From assembly GCA_964343975.1 (NCBI GenBank), contig CAYFLU010000001.1, forward strand, positions 1,880 to 65,879: DNA of 64,000 bases, given 5' to 3'. Within the stretch, counting starts at the first letter, position 1; every line of letters starts with the position of its first letter. The notes beneath the pieces are model-generated. The model ran no database searches and was not told the DNA's origin. It was given only the letters and a program-made list of their open reading frames with translations. Made by a program: the position numbers and the translations under genes. Of this stretch, positions 34,008 through 43,806 are shown in pieces. The stretch is from an uncultured Solibacteraceae bacterium. Lineage in GTDB: Bacteria; Acidobacteriota; Vicinamibacteria; Vicinamibacterales; SCN-69-37.

Positions 34008-34092
34008 GGCGCCTCCTCAAATCACGGCACTGCGGCGGGATTCCCGCGCACAGTCCACCACGGGCCGAAGGCCCGCGCAAGCGGATTTGCGA

Positions 34093-35265
34093 TCAATGCG
34101 CGTGGCGGATCAGGCCGACGAGGATGCCGAGCGCGATCAACCACGTCGGGTTCAGACGCGCGACGATGGCGGAAAGACTGACGAGGGCGAGTGCAATGGA
34201 CGTGAGGTCGACCAGCGCATTGCGGCCGAGCTGCCAGCACACCACCGCCATGAGCGCGAGTGACGCGAGGTTCACGCCGTCGAGGACGCCGGTGGCGATG
34301 GGAGACTGCTTGAGCTTCGGCAGCAGTGGACCACTGATGGCGACGTAGACGAACGCCGGCAGGAAGATGCCGAGTGTGGCGACGAGCGCGCCGTTGACGC
34401 CGGCGAGTTGGTACCCGATGAACGTCGCGGTCGTGAACACGGGGCCGGGCGTGACCTGACCGATCGCGATCGCGTCGAGCAGTTGCTGCTCGCTGAGCCA
34501 GTGCAGTCGCTCAACGAGATCCGCGCGGAGGAAGGCGAGGAGCACGTAGCCGCTGCCGAAGAGAAGGCCGCCGGCTTTGAGAAACACCGTGAAGAGGCCC
34601 GTGAGCGACACCGCACTCGCGACCGCGGCCGGCGCCGAGATCGCCGGCACCCACATCAGTCCCTGCAGTTTCGTCACCGCGTTGCGCAGTCCGCCGGCGA
34701 TTACACCGCCGAGCGCGCCGCACGCGGCGAGAAGCGCGAGCTCGTTCATGGCCATCGCCGCGGCGACGCATGCCGTAATCGCGAGCGCGCCATGCCACGG
34801 CACGCGCACGGCCGCGCGCGCGAGCTTGTAGAGCGCGTGCGCGACGATCGCGATCACGACCGGCTTCACACCCGCAAACACGGCTTGAATCTCCGGCAGC
34901 GAGCCGAACTTCGTGTACGCCATCGCGATCGCGCCGACGATCACGACGGCAGGGACGATGAAGCTGAGGCCGGCGACGAGGAGGCCGGCGAGGCCGCCGC
35001 GGAGCAAACCGATGTGAATGGCGAGCTCGGTGGAGTTCGGGCCGGGGATGAGGTTGGTGGCGCCGACCAGATCGAGGAAGTCGCGGTCGCTGAGCCAGCG
35101 CCGCTTCTCCACCACTTCATGGCGCATGAGCGCGATGTGCGCGGCGGGGCCGCCGAACGAGACGACGCCGAGCCAGAGAAACAGGCGCGCGAGTTCGCCG
35201 ATCACGAGGATCGAGCGTACACCACGCTCGTGACGAGGCCGTGTCTGAAGAAGCGGCGCTCGCAT
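34093..35265 (-). CDS. chrA: Chromate transporter
   Basis: Two CHR halves: 'FLWLGVVSFGGPAAHIALM...NLIPGPNSTE' and 'FLKAGGLLFGSGYVLLAFL...IAIGQVTPGPVF'. The start is uncertain (ATG 35265 or GTG 35220). Confidence 0.85.
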   Translation of the reverse strand: MRAPLLQTRPRHERGVRSILVIGELARLFLWLGVVSFGGPAAHIALMRHEVVEKRRWLSDRDFLDLVGATNLIPGPNSTELAIHIGLLRGGLAGLLVAGLSFIVPAVVIVGAIAMAYTKFGSLPEIQAVFAGVKPVVIAIVAHALYKLARAAVRVPWHGALAITACVAAAMAMNELALLAACGALGGVIAGGLRNAVTKLQGLMWVPAISAPAAVASAVSLTGLFTVFLKAGGLLFGSGYVLLAFLRADLVERLHWLSEQQLLDAIAIGQVTPGPVFTTATFIGYQLAGVNGALVATLGIFLPAFVYVAISGPLLPKLKQSPIATGVLDGVNLASLALMAVVCWQLGRNALVDLTSIALALVSLSAIVARLNPTWLIALGILVGLIRHAH

Positions 35266-35837
35266 GCGCGGAAGCCCGCGCGCTGAATGTGCGCGTCGGA
35301 GTTCGGGAGCGTGCGCGCGTCGATGCCTGTGCGCCAGCGGAAGAACGTGTAGAGCGCGCGCACGATCACCTGCGCGTGCCATCGCGCGAGCCCGCGCGCC
35401 GGCACCGCGAAGTCGGCGAACAGCCACTGCGCGTGCGGCGCGGCGCAATCGCCGAGACGTGCCACAACGCGCGCGGCGTCTTCGTCGGTGAAACAGTCGA
35501 GGCTGAAGAGCGTGACGATGAGGTCGCAGTTGCGCGGGAGCGCGGCGGTGCGGATGTCTGCGCACAGAAACAGCACGCGCGCGTGATCGGCCGTGGCCAC
35601 GCGCGGCTCTGCCAGCGCGAGCATCGCCGCGCTGGCGTCGATCGAGGTCACGTGCACGTGCGGGTTGGCCGCGAGCAGCGCGGCGAGGAAGCGCCCGTCG
35701 CCGTCACCGACGAGGAGCGCGCGCTGTGCGGTGGCCGCGTGCGAGAGATGCGCGATGCGCGCGCGCTGCAGCATGTCGCCGAACGCGAGGTACTCGAGCC
35801 GGCGATAGATGCGCGCCACGCGATCGAAGCCGCTCAC
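35202..35837 (-). CDS. Class I SAM-dependent methyltransferase
   Basis: Contains 'ALLVGDGDGRFL' (motif I) and 'DLIVTLFSLDCF'. GTG 35837 gives a GTGA overlap with the upstream stop; nearby GTGs are also possible starts. Confidence 0.7.
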   Translation of the reverse strand: MSGFDRVARIYRRLEYLAFGDMLQRARIAHLSHAATAQRALLVGDGDGRFLAALLAANPHVHVTSIDASAAMLALAEPRVATADHARVLFLCADIRTAALPRNCDLIVTLFSLDCFTDEDAARVVARLGDCAAPHAQWLFADFAVPARGLARWHAQVIVRALYTFFRWRTGIDARTLPNSDAHIQRAGFRACERRFFRHGLVTSVVYARSS

Positions 35838-36604
35838 CGCCACCACCACAGCGGGACAAGCGGCGTGAGCAGCGCCACATCCGCGAGCACCCGCGCGGCG
35901 TGCCAGCCGATGCGCGGCTCGGCGCGATCGATGAGCGCGAGGAACACGGCGCTCGCGCTCACGCACGCGGCCACCACACGCGCGTCGGCGGTCGTCTCCA
36001 CACACGCGAGTGCGGCGATCACCGCGACGAGCCAAGGCAATTGCGAGAACACCCAGTGGTGCTCGGCGGCGTCGATGGCGAGTGACGTCTGCCCGTGCGA
36101 CTCGTCCACCTCACGTTCCCAGGCGGAGATGAGCGCGCAGTTCGTGAAGCACACGAGCCCGATGAGCGACGCCGACGAGAGCACGGCGCCGGGCTGTGCG
36201 GTGGCGGTGACGAAGATCGCGGCGCCGCACGTGACGAGCGCGGCGACGATCAGCTCTTTCGGCGCGCGCCAGCGGCGGTGGCGGTGCACGAGCTGATGCG
36301 AGAGCAGATACAGGAGCACGGGCACGAGCAAGAGCGCGCCGGCGAGCAGATCACGCGCCGGGAGCGCGCTGAGCGCGAGCGCGATATCGGCGAGCGCGAC
36401 CACCGCCCAGACGATCGCCACGGGCCAGCGGTGGCGCTGATAGAAGTGATGACGCTGCGTGCGAATGTCGCGCCAGTGCAGGCGCCACCCTTCGATCCAC
36501 CGGTCGAGCACGTACGCGAGCCACACGGTGGCCGCGAGCACCACGCGATGCTCGAGCCGCAGCGGCACGCCGGCCACATCCGACAGCAGGGCCTGCCACG
36601 CCAC
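35834..36604 (-). CDS. Polytopic membrane protein, divergent UbiA-prenyltransferase-like
   Basis: 256 aa with about 8 TM segments. 'YVLDRWIEG' and 'EREVDESHGQTSLA' resemble degenerate UbiA Asp-rich motifs. GTG start. Confidence 0.55.
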   Translation of the reverse strand: MAWQALLSDVAGVPLRLEHRVVLAATVWLAYVLDRWIEGWRLHWRDIRTQRHHFYQRHRWPVAIVWAVVALADIALALSALPARDLLAGALLLVPVLLYLLSHQLVHRHRRWRAPKELIVAALVTCGAAIFVTATAQPGAVLSSASLIGLVCFTNCALISAWEREVDESHGQTSLAIDAAEHHWVFSQLPWLVAVIAALACVETTADARVVAACVSASAVFLALIDRAEPRIGWHAARVLADVALLTPLVPLWWWR

Positions 36605-36662
36605 GCTGACCGCGGGCGCGTCGAGTGACAGGATCGTTGGCCACTGCCACCAGCGCGGTGTC

Positions 36663-36693
36663 TCGACAGGAACAGGCGGAATATCCGTATTAT
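36663..36693 (+). promoter_or_regulatory. Possible sigma-70-type promoter: TCGACA, 19 nt spacer, TATTAT, then 9 nt to the ATG
   Basis: The hexamers at 36663-68 and 36688-93 were read directly. No Shine-Dalgarno sequence lies between the -10 box and the ATG. Confidence 0.3.
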
Positions 36694-36702
36694 CCTCCGC
36701 GC

Positions 36703-37236
36703 ATGCCCCACCTGATCGAACGCGCGTCGAGTGCCCGGGCCACCTGCCGCGGTTGCGGCGCGAAGATCGCCAAAGGCGAGCTCCGCTTCGGCGAACAACT
36801 CCCGAATCCCTTCGCCGACGGAGAGGGTGCGCTGATGACGCACTGGTTTCACATGGCGTGCGCAGCGTACCGCCGGCCGGAAGCCTTCATCGACGGCATC
36901 GCCGCCGCCGAGGAATCCACCAAGGAATCCATCGACGATCGCGCCACACTCGAGGCCGAAGCCGCGCTCGGCGTGGCGCACCGACGTCTCCCGCGCGTGA
37001 GCACCGCCGATCACGCGCCCACGGGCCGCGCCACCTGTCGCGCCTGCAAGAACCTGATCGACAAAGGCGCGTGGCGCATCGCGCTCGTGTTCTACGAAGA
37101 CGGCCGCTTCACGCCGTCGGGCTACATCCACGCGACGTGCGCGAAGGAATATCTCGAGACGACGGCGTATCGCGCGCGGCTGAAGTACTTCTCGCCGGCG
37201 CTGAGCGATGCGGAGTTGGATGAGATCTGCGGGTAG
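36703..37236 (+). CDS. Protein made of two PARP-type zinc fingers (zf-PARP)
   Basis: Repeat 1 is 'ERASSARATCRGCGAKIAKGELRFG...DGEGALMTHWFHMAC'. Repeat 2 is 'APTGRATCRACKNLIDKGAWRIA...DGRFTPSGYIHATC'. Each has CxxC...HxxC ligands. Confidence 0.8.
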   Translation: MPHLIERASSARATCRGCGAKIAKGELRFGEQLPNPFADGEGALMTHWFHMACAAYRRPEAFIDGIAAAEESTKESIDDRATLEAEAALGVAHRRLPRVSTADHAPTGRATCRACKNLIDKGAWRIALVFYEDGRFTPSGYIHATCAKEYLETTAYRARLKYFSPALSDAELDEICG

Positions 37237-37251
37237 CCCGCGCGCAACAGG

Positions 37252-38856
<1,605 letters not shown>

Positions 38857-38877
38857 CGGAATTGTCGATTGTACCGC

Positions 38878-39891
38878 TTACCGGATCGGGTCCGCCGCCA
38901 CGCCGTCCTTCGTGATCACCACCGGCAGGATGGCGCCGGACGCGTCGAAGCGCATCTCGTCGATGCACACCACGCGGTGATCACGGCCGGAATCGCCCAG
39001 CGGACGACGGTGATACACGATGTACCACTTGCCGGACGGCGCGTGGAGCACGGAGTGATGCCCCGCGCCGGTCGCGACTTGCGGATCCTGCGAGAGGATC
39101 TTGCCCGCGCGCTCGAACGGACCGAACGGCGACGTGCCGATCGCGTACGCCACCGCGTAGTTCGGACCGGTCCATCCGCCTTCCGACCACATGAAGTAGT
39201 ACTTCCCGTCTTTCCTGAACATCCACGAGCCTTCGACATAGCCCGCCGGCGTGATCTCGTTGAACGTCGTCCCATCGGGAAACGGCACGAGCGCGGTGAA
39301 GTCGGCGTTGAGCTTCGCGATGTTGCAGTGCTTCCATCCCCCGTAAATCAAATAATGCGTGCCGTCATCGTCGGCGAACACGAACGGATCGATGGGCTGT
39401 GCGCCGTTGTGGAATTTGTCGACGAGCGGCGCGCCGAGGTGATCTTCGAAGGGACCTGCCGGATGTTTCGCGCGCGCGACGCCGATGCCGCCGCGTTGTT
39501 GATCGTTCTGAATGTCGTTCGCGCCGAAGAAGAGGTAGTACCAGTCGCCGCGTTTCACGATCGTCGGCGCCCACACGGCGCGCGTGGCCCAGGTGATGTG
39601 CGCGGTGTCGAGGATGCGCGGGTGTTTGGTCCACGTCACGAGATCGCGCGAGGAGAAGGCGTCGAAGAACGTCTGGTCGTTGTAGGCGGCCGAAAAGGTC
39701 GGGAAAATCCAGTATTCGCCCTCGAAGACCCTCACTTCCGGGTCGGCGTACCACCCCTGGAGTATGGGGTTTCCCGATCTGGCCTGGATCTGCACGCCAA
39801 ATATCCGGTGTTCGGTTTTAACCACAGGCAAAAGCCCAAAAGAGAGGGTCGCCAGGGTGGTTTTGGTGATGAATTGGCGTCGAGAAACCAT
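38878..39891 (-). CDS. Glycoside hydrolase family 43
   Basis: Tat/Sec leader; 'NPILQGWYADPEV', 'VWAPTIVKRGDWYYLFF', 'IDPFVFADDDGTHYLIYGG' and 'VEGSWMFRKDGKYYF'. Confidence 0.9.
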   Translation of the reverse strand: MVSRRQFITKTTLATLSFGLLPVVKTEHRIFGVQIQARSGNPILQGWYADPEVRVFEGEYWIFPTFSAAYNDQTFFDAFSSRDLVTWTKHPRILDTAHITWATRAVWAPTIVKRGDWYYLFFGANDIQNDQQRGGIGVARAKHPAGPFEDHLGAPLVDKFHNGAQPIDPFVFADDDGTHYLIYGGWKHCNIAKLNADFTALVPFPDGTTFNEITPAGYVEGSWMFRKDGKYYFMWSEGGWTGPNYAVAYAIGTSPFGPFERAGKILSQDPQVATGAGHHSVLHAPSGKWYIVYHRRPLGDSGRDHRVVCIDEMRFDASGAILPVVITKDGVAADPIR

Positions 39892-39959
39892 GTCATCTAT
39901 TTATAGCCTTCCGCCGGAAGTACATGTAGTCTTTGCCGCATCTAGACCCGGAGGCTCGG

Positions 39960-42386
39960 ATGAAGAAGCTGGCGCCCGCCGTTGCGGCGGGTTTCCTGTG
40001 TATGGCTGTGTCGATGCGCGCAAGCTGGAGCGGCATCGACGACGCGACACCGCTCCCCACGGTGGCTCCCGCGCCGATGTCCGTTGACCAGCAGAACGCG
40101 ACACTCAAAAAGTATTGCGGCGACTGTCACAACGACGGCGAAATGGTCGGCGAGTTTTCGCTCGATCACTTCGATGCCGGCAAGGCCTCTGATCACGCGG
40201 CGCAAGCCGAGAAGATGATCAAAAAACTGCGCGCGGGCATGATGCCGCCGAAGGATTCGGCGCAGCCCGATGCGGCCACGCGCATGGCGCTCGTCAACGC
40301 CCTCGAGACGTCACTCGACGCGGCGGCGGCCACACCGAATCCCGGCCGTCGTCCGTTCCAGCGCTTGAATCGCGCGGAGTATCTCGCGGCGGTGCAGTCG
40401 ATGTTCGGCGTCAGCCTCGATGTCTCGGCGTTCCTGCCGGCCGACACGATCAGCGCGAGCTTCGACAACATCGCGGACGTGCAGATGCCGTCGGCCACGG
40501 CGATGCAGGGTTACCTGCGCGCCGCATCGTATGTGAGCCGCGCGGTGCTCGGCGATCCCGACGCCGACACGAGCTCGGTGACCTACGACGTCCCGCGCAC
40601 GCTCTCGCAGAAGGACCGGCTCGAAGGCGCGCCGTTCGGCACGCGCGGCGGCACGGTCATCACGCACAACTTCCTCGCCGACGGCAAATACAAGTTCCAG
40701 ATGATGCTGCACGGCGAACCGCAGGGCGAGCTCTTCGGCCGCACGGCGCGGTCGATGACGATCGAAGTCTCGATCGACGGCGCGCGCGCGGCGCTCGTGA
40801 AGGTCGACCGCTGGATCAACGAGTCGTCGCCGAACGGCCTCATGGTGCAGACCGAGCCGATCGCGATCACGGCGGGGCCGCACAAGGTGGCCGTCGCGTT
40901 CCTCCGCGAGTTTGAAGGCGAGGAAGACGACTACATGAAGCCGATCGATCACACGCTGGCCGACACGAACATCGGCATCGGCTACGGCGTGACGACGCTC
41001 GGGCATCTGCGCAATGTGGCGATCGTCGGCCCGTCGAACGTCACGGGCGTCACGAACTTCCCGGAGCGTCAGCGCGTGCTCACGTGCGCGCCGACGGCGA
41101 AGGCCGAGCAGGCGGCGTGCGCGCGGCAGATCCTCACGCGGCTCGCCACGCAGGCCTACCGTCGTCCGGCGACGGCGAAGGACATCGACGAGTTGATGCC
41201 GCTCTTCACGCAGGGCGCGAAGAAGAGCTTCGACGCCGGCATGCGTGAAGCGCTGCAGGGCATGCTCTCGAGCCTGCACTTCGTCTTCCGCGTGGAAGAG
41301 ACGCCGGCGGGCGTGAAGCCGGGCGCGGTCTACAAGATCAACGACGTCGATCTCGCGTCGCGGCTGTCGTTCTTCCTCTGGGGCACGATTCCGGACAAGG
41401 CGCTCGTGGATGCGGCCGCGCGCGGCCAGCTCGCGACGCCGGCGGGCCTCAACGCGCAGGTGAAGCGCATGCTCGCCGACAAGCGCAGCGTGGCGCTGTC
41501 GTCGCGCTTCGCGGCGCAGTGGCTGCGGTTGCAGGACCTCGACAAGATCGAGCCGGACGCGCTCGACTATCCGTACTACGACCAGGCGCTCGCCAAGTCG
41601 ATGCGCCGCGAGACGGAAGAGCTCTTCAACTACATGGTGCACAACGACCGGCCGATGCCGGAGCTGCTCACGGCCGACTACACGTTCGTGAACGAGCGTC
41701 TCGCCAAGCACTACAACATCCCGAACGTCACCGGCCCGGAGTTCCGCAAGGTCAGCTATCCGAACGACCAGCGCCGCGGCCTGCTCGGTCAGGGCAGCGT
41801 GCTCGTGCTCACGTCGCACGGCAACCGCACGTCGCCGGTGCTGCGCGGCAAGTGGGTGATGGAAGTGGTCCTCGGCACGCCGCCGCCCCCGCCGCCGCCG
41901 AACGTGCCCGACCTCGAGAAGACGAGCGCGAGCGCGAACGGCCGCATGTTGTCGGTGGCCGAGCAGATGGCCGAGCACCGCAAGAACCCGGCGTGCTACT
42001 CGTGCCATCGCGTGATCGATCCGATCGGCCTCGCGCTCGATCACTTCGACGTCACGGGCGCCTACCGCATCAAGGACCGCGGCGTGCCGGTGAACACGGC
42101 CGGCGAGCTCTACGACGGCACGAAGCTGAACGGCGCGGCCGAACTGCGCGCCGCCCTCGTGAAGCACTCCGACGTGGTCGTCACGCACTTCACCGAGATG
42201 CTGATGTCGTATGCGATCGGCCGTCGCGTGGATTACTACGACATGCCCACCATCCGGAAGATCGTGCGCGCCGCGGCGCCGCAGAACTACCGGATCTCCG
42301 ATCTCATCCTCGGCGTGGTGAACAGCCCGGCCTTCCGGACCGCCCGCGCCGAAGACATCGATAACCCGAGCACGAGACAGCACTGA
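39960..42386 (+). CDS. Heme-motif protein of the DUF1587/DUF1592/DUF1595/DUF1588/DUF1585 family
   Basis: GGAGG Shine-Dalgarno sequence; 'KKYCGDCHND' (CxxCH), a later 'NPACYSCHRVIDPIGLALDHFD', and the PPPPPPPN linker typical of this family. Confidence 0.9.
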   Translation: MKKLAPAVAAGFLCMAVSMRASWSGIDDATPLPTVAPAPMSVDQQNATLKKYCGDCHNDGEMVGEFSLDHFDAGKASDHAAQAEKMIKKLRAGMMPPKDSAQPDAATRMALVNALETSLDAAAATPNPGRRPFQRLNRAEYLAAVQSMFGVSLDVSAFLPADTISASFDNIADVQMPSATAMQGYLRAASYVSRAVLGDPDADTSSVTYDVPRTLSQKDRLEGAPFGTRGGTVITHNFLADGKYKFQMMLHGEPQGELFGRTARSMTIEVSIDGARAALVKVDRWINESSPNGLMVQTEPIAITAGPHKVAVAFLREFEGEEDDYMKPIDHTLADTNIGIGYGVTTLGHLRNVAIVGPSNVTGVTNFPERQRVLTCAPTAKAEQAACARQILTRLATQAYRRPATAKDIDELMPLFTQGAKKSFDAGMREALQGMLSSLHFVFRVEETPAGVKPGAVYKINDVDLASRLSFFLWGTIPDKALVDAAARGQLATPAGLNAQVKRMLADKRSVALSSRFAAQWLRLQDLDKIEPDALDYPYYDQALAKSMRRETEELFNYMVHNDRPMPELLTADYTFVNERLAKHYNIPNVTGPEFRKVSYPNDQRRGLLGQGSVLVLTSHGNRTSPVLRGKWVMEVVLGTPPPPPPPNVPDLEKTSASANGRMLSVAEQMAEHRKNPACYSCHRVIDPIGLALDHFDVTGAYRIKDRGVPVNTAGELYDGTKLNGAAELRAALVKHSDVVVTHFTEMLMSYAIGRRVDYYDMPTIRKIVRAAAPQNYRISDLILGVVNSPAFRTARAEDIDNPSTRQH

Positions 42387-42399
42387 GGAGTTGAGACCC

Positions 42400-43794
42400 A
42401 TGACCCTGACTGGCAAACATCTCTCCCGCCGTACCGCCCTCAAGGGCCTTGGCGCCACGATCGCGCTGCCGATGCTCGACGCGATGATTCCGGCGCAGAC
42501 CGTGTTCGCGCAGAGCTCGGCGGCCAAGGCCGCGGCGCGCACGCGGCTCGTGTGCATCGAACAGGTGCACGGCGCCGCGGGCTGCAGCCCGTTCGGCGCG
42601 GCGAACTACCTGTGGGCGCCGAAGGCGACCGGCAAGGACTTCGACATCAGCGGCGGCAGCCTGGCGCCGCTCGATCCGTGGAAGAAGCACCTCACGATCG
42701 TGAGCAACACGGACGCGAAGATGGCCGAAGCGCTCGCGCCGGCCGAAGTCGGCGGCGACCACTTCCGCTCGAGCGCGGTCATGTACACGCAGACGCATCC
42801 GAAGCTGACGGAAGGCTCGGACGTCCACGTGGGCACGTCGCTCGATCAGCACTACGTGCAGAAGTTCGGCAAGGACACGCCGATCCCGTCGATGCAGCTC
42901 AGCATCGAACCGGTCGACCAGTCGGGCGGCTGCGCCTACGGCTACGCGTGCGTCTACACCGACACGATCAGCTGGGCGTCACCGACCGAGCCGCTGCCGA
43001 TGGTGCGCGACCCGCGCATGGTGTTCGAGATGCTGTTCGGCGCGGGCGGCACGGCGGAACAGCGCGCCGAACGCCGCGCCACCGACAAGAGCATCCTCGA
43101 CCTGCTGACCAAGCAGATGGCGAGCCTCATGCGCACGGTGAGCCCGAGCGACCGGCGCCGCCTCGATCAGTACGCGACGAACATCCGCGAAGTGGAACAG
43201 CGCATCCAGAAGATCGAGCAGCGCAACCTGAGCGGCGACGCGCGTGAACTGCCGGGCGCGCCGGCCGGCGTGCCGGATTCGTTCGAAGAGCACGTGAAGC
43301 TGATGTTCGATCTGCAGGTGCTCGCGTTCATGTCCGACACGACGCGCGTGTTCTCGTTCAAGCTCGGCCGCGACGGCTCGGGCCGCGTGTATCCGGGCTC
43401 GGGCGTGTCGACCGGCTTCCACAACGCGTCGCACCACGGCGCGGCCGAAGCCACGATCCGCGCGTTCGGCGAGATCAACAAGCATCACGTGTCGATGCTG
43501 CCCTACTTCCTCGAGAAGCTGCAGGCGGCCAAGGAAGGCGACGCGACGCTCCTCGACAAGACGCTCATCATGTACGGCTCGCCGATGTCGAATGGCAACG
43601 TGCACAACCACCGCAACCTGCCGTTCATCATGGTCGGCGGCGGCAACGGCACCAACCCGGGCCAGCTGCACGTGAAGGCGGCCGACGACACGCCGATCGC
43701 CAACGTGATGCTGACGATGCTGCACCGGCTCGGCGTGAATGACGTGAAGACCTTCGGCGACAGCACGGGCGAGTTCTCGTTCGCCACGGCGTAG
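42400..43794 (+). CDS. DUF1552 domain protein (Tat leader)
   Basis: Contains 'LSRRTALKGLGATIALPMLDAM', 'YGSPMSNGNVHNHRNLP' and 'ANVMLTMLHRLGV'. A GAGGAG Shine-Dalgarno sequence precedes ATG 42400. Confidence 0.9.
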   Translation: MTLTGKHLSRRTALKGLGATIALPMLDAMIPAQTVFAQSSAAKAAARTRLVCIEQVHGAAGCSPFGAANYLWAPKATGKDFDISGGSLAPLDPWKKHLTIVSNTDAKMAEALAPAEVGGDHFRSSAVMYTQTHPKLTEGSDVHVGTSLDQHYVQKFGKDTPIPSMQLSIEPVDQSGGCAYGYACVYTDTISWASPTEPLPMVRDPRMVFEMLFGAGGTAEQRAERRATDKSILDLLTKQMASLMRTVSPSDRRRLDQYATNIREVEQRIQKIEQRNLSGDARELPGAPAGVPDSFEEHVKLMFDLQVLAFMSDTTRVFSFKLGRDGSGRVYPGSGVSTGFHNASHHGAAEATIRAFGEINKHHVSMLPYFLEKLQAAKEGDATLLDKTLIMYGSPMSNGNVHNHRNLPFIMVGGGNGTNPGQLHVKAADDTPIANVMLTMLHRLGVNDVKTFGDSTGEFSFATA

Positions 43795-43806
43795 GAGACG
43801 GCAACC

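Noticed and set aside
34061-34075. Hairpin CGGGCC-GAA-GGCCCG as the chrA terminator
   Set aside because: The stem is short and has no U-tract on the relevant strand. It lies in the 5' leader region of the next gene, and the evidence is insufficient.
36250-37131. 293-aa minus-strand ORF
   Set aside because: It is antisense to the zf-PARP gene and off-frame over the UbiA-like gene, with no motifs.
40311-42557. 748-aa minus-strand ORF, the longest ORF in this stretch of the window
   Set aside because: It is antisense to the DUF1592-family gene, and its composition (Arg, His, Glu, Ala runs) is not protein-like.
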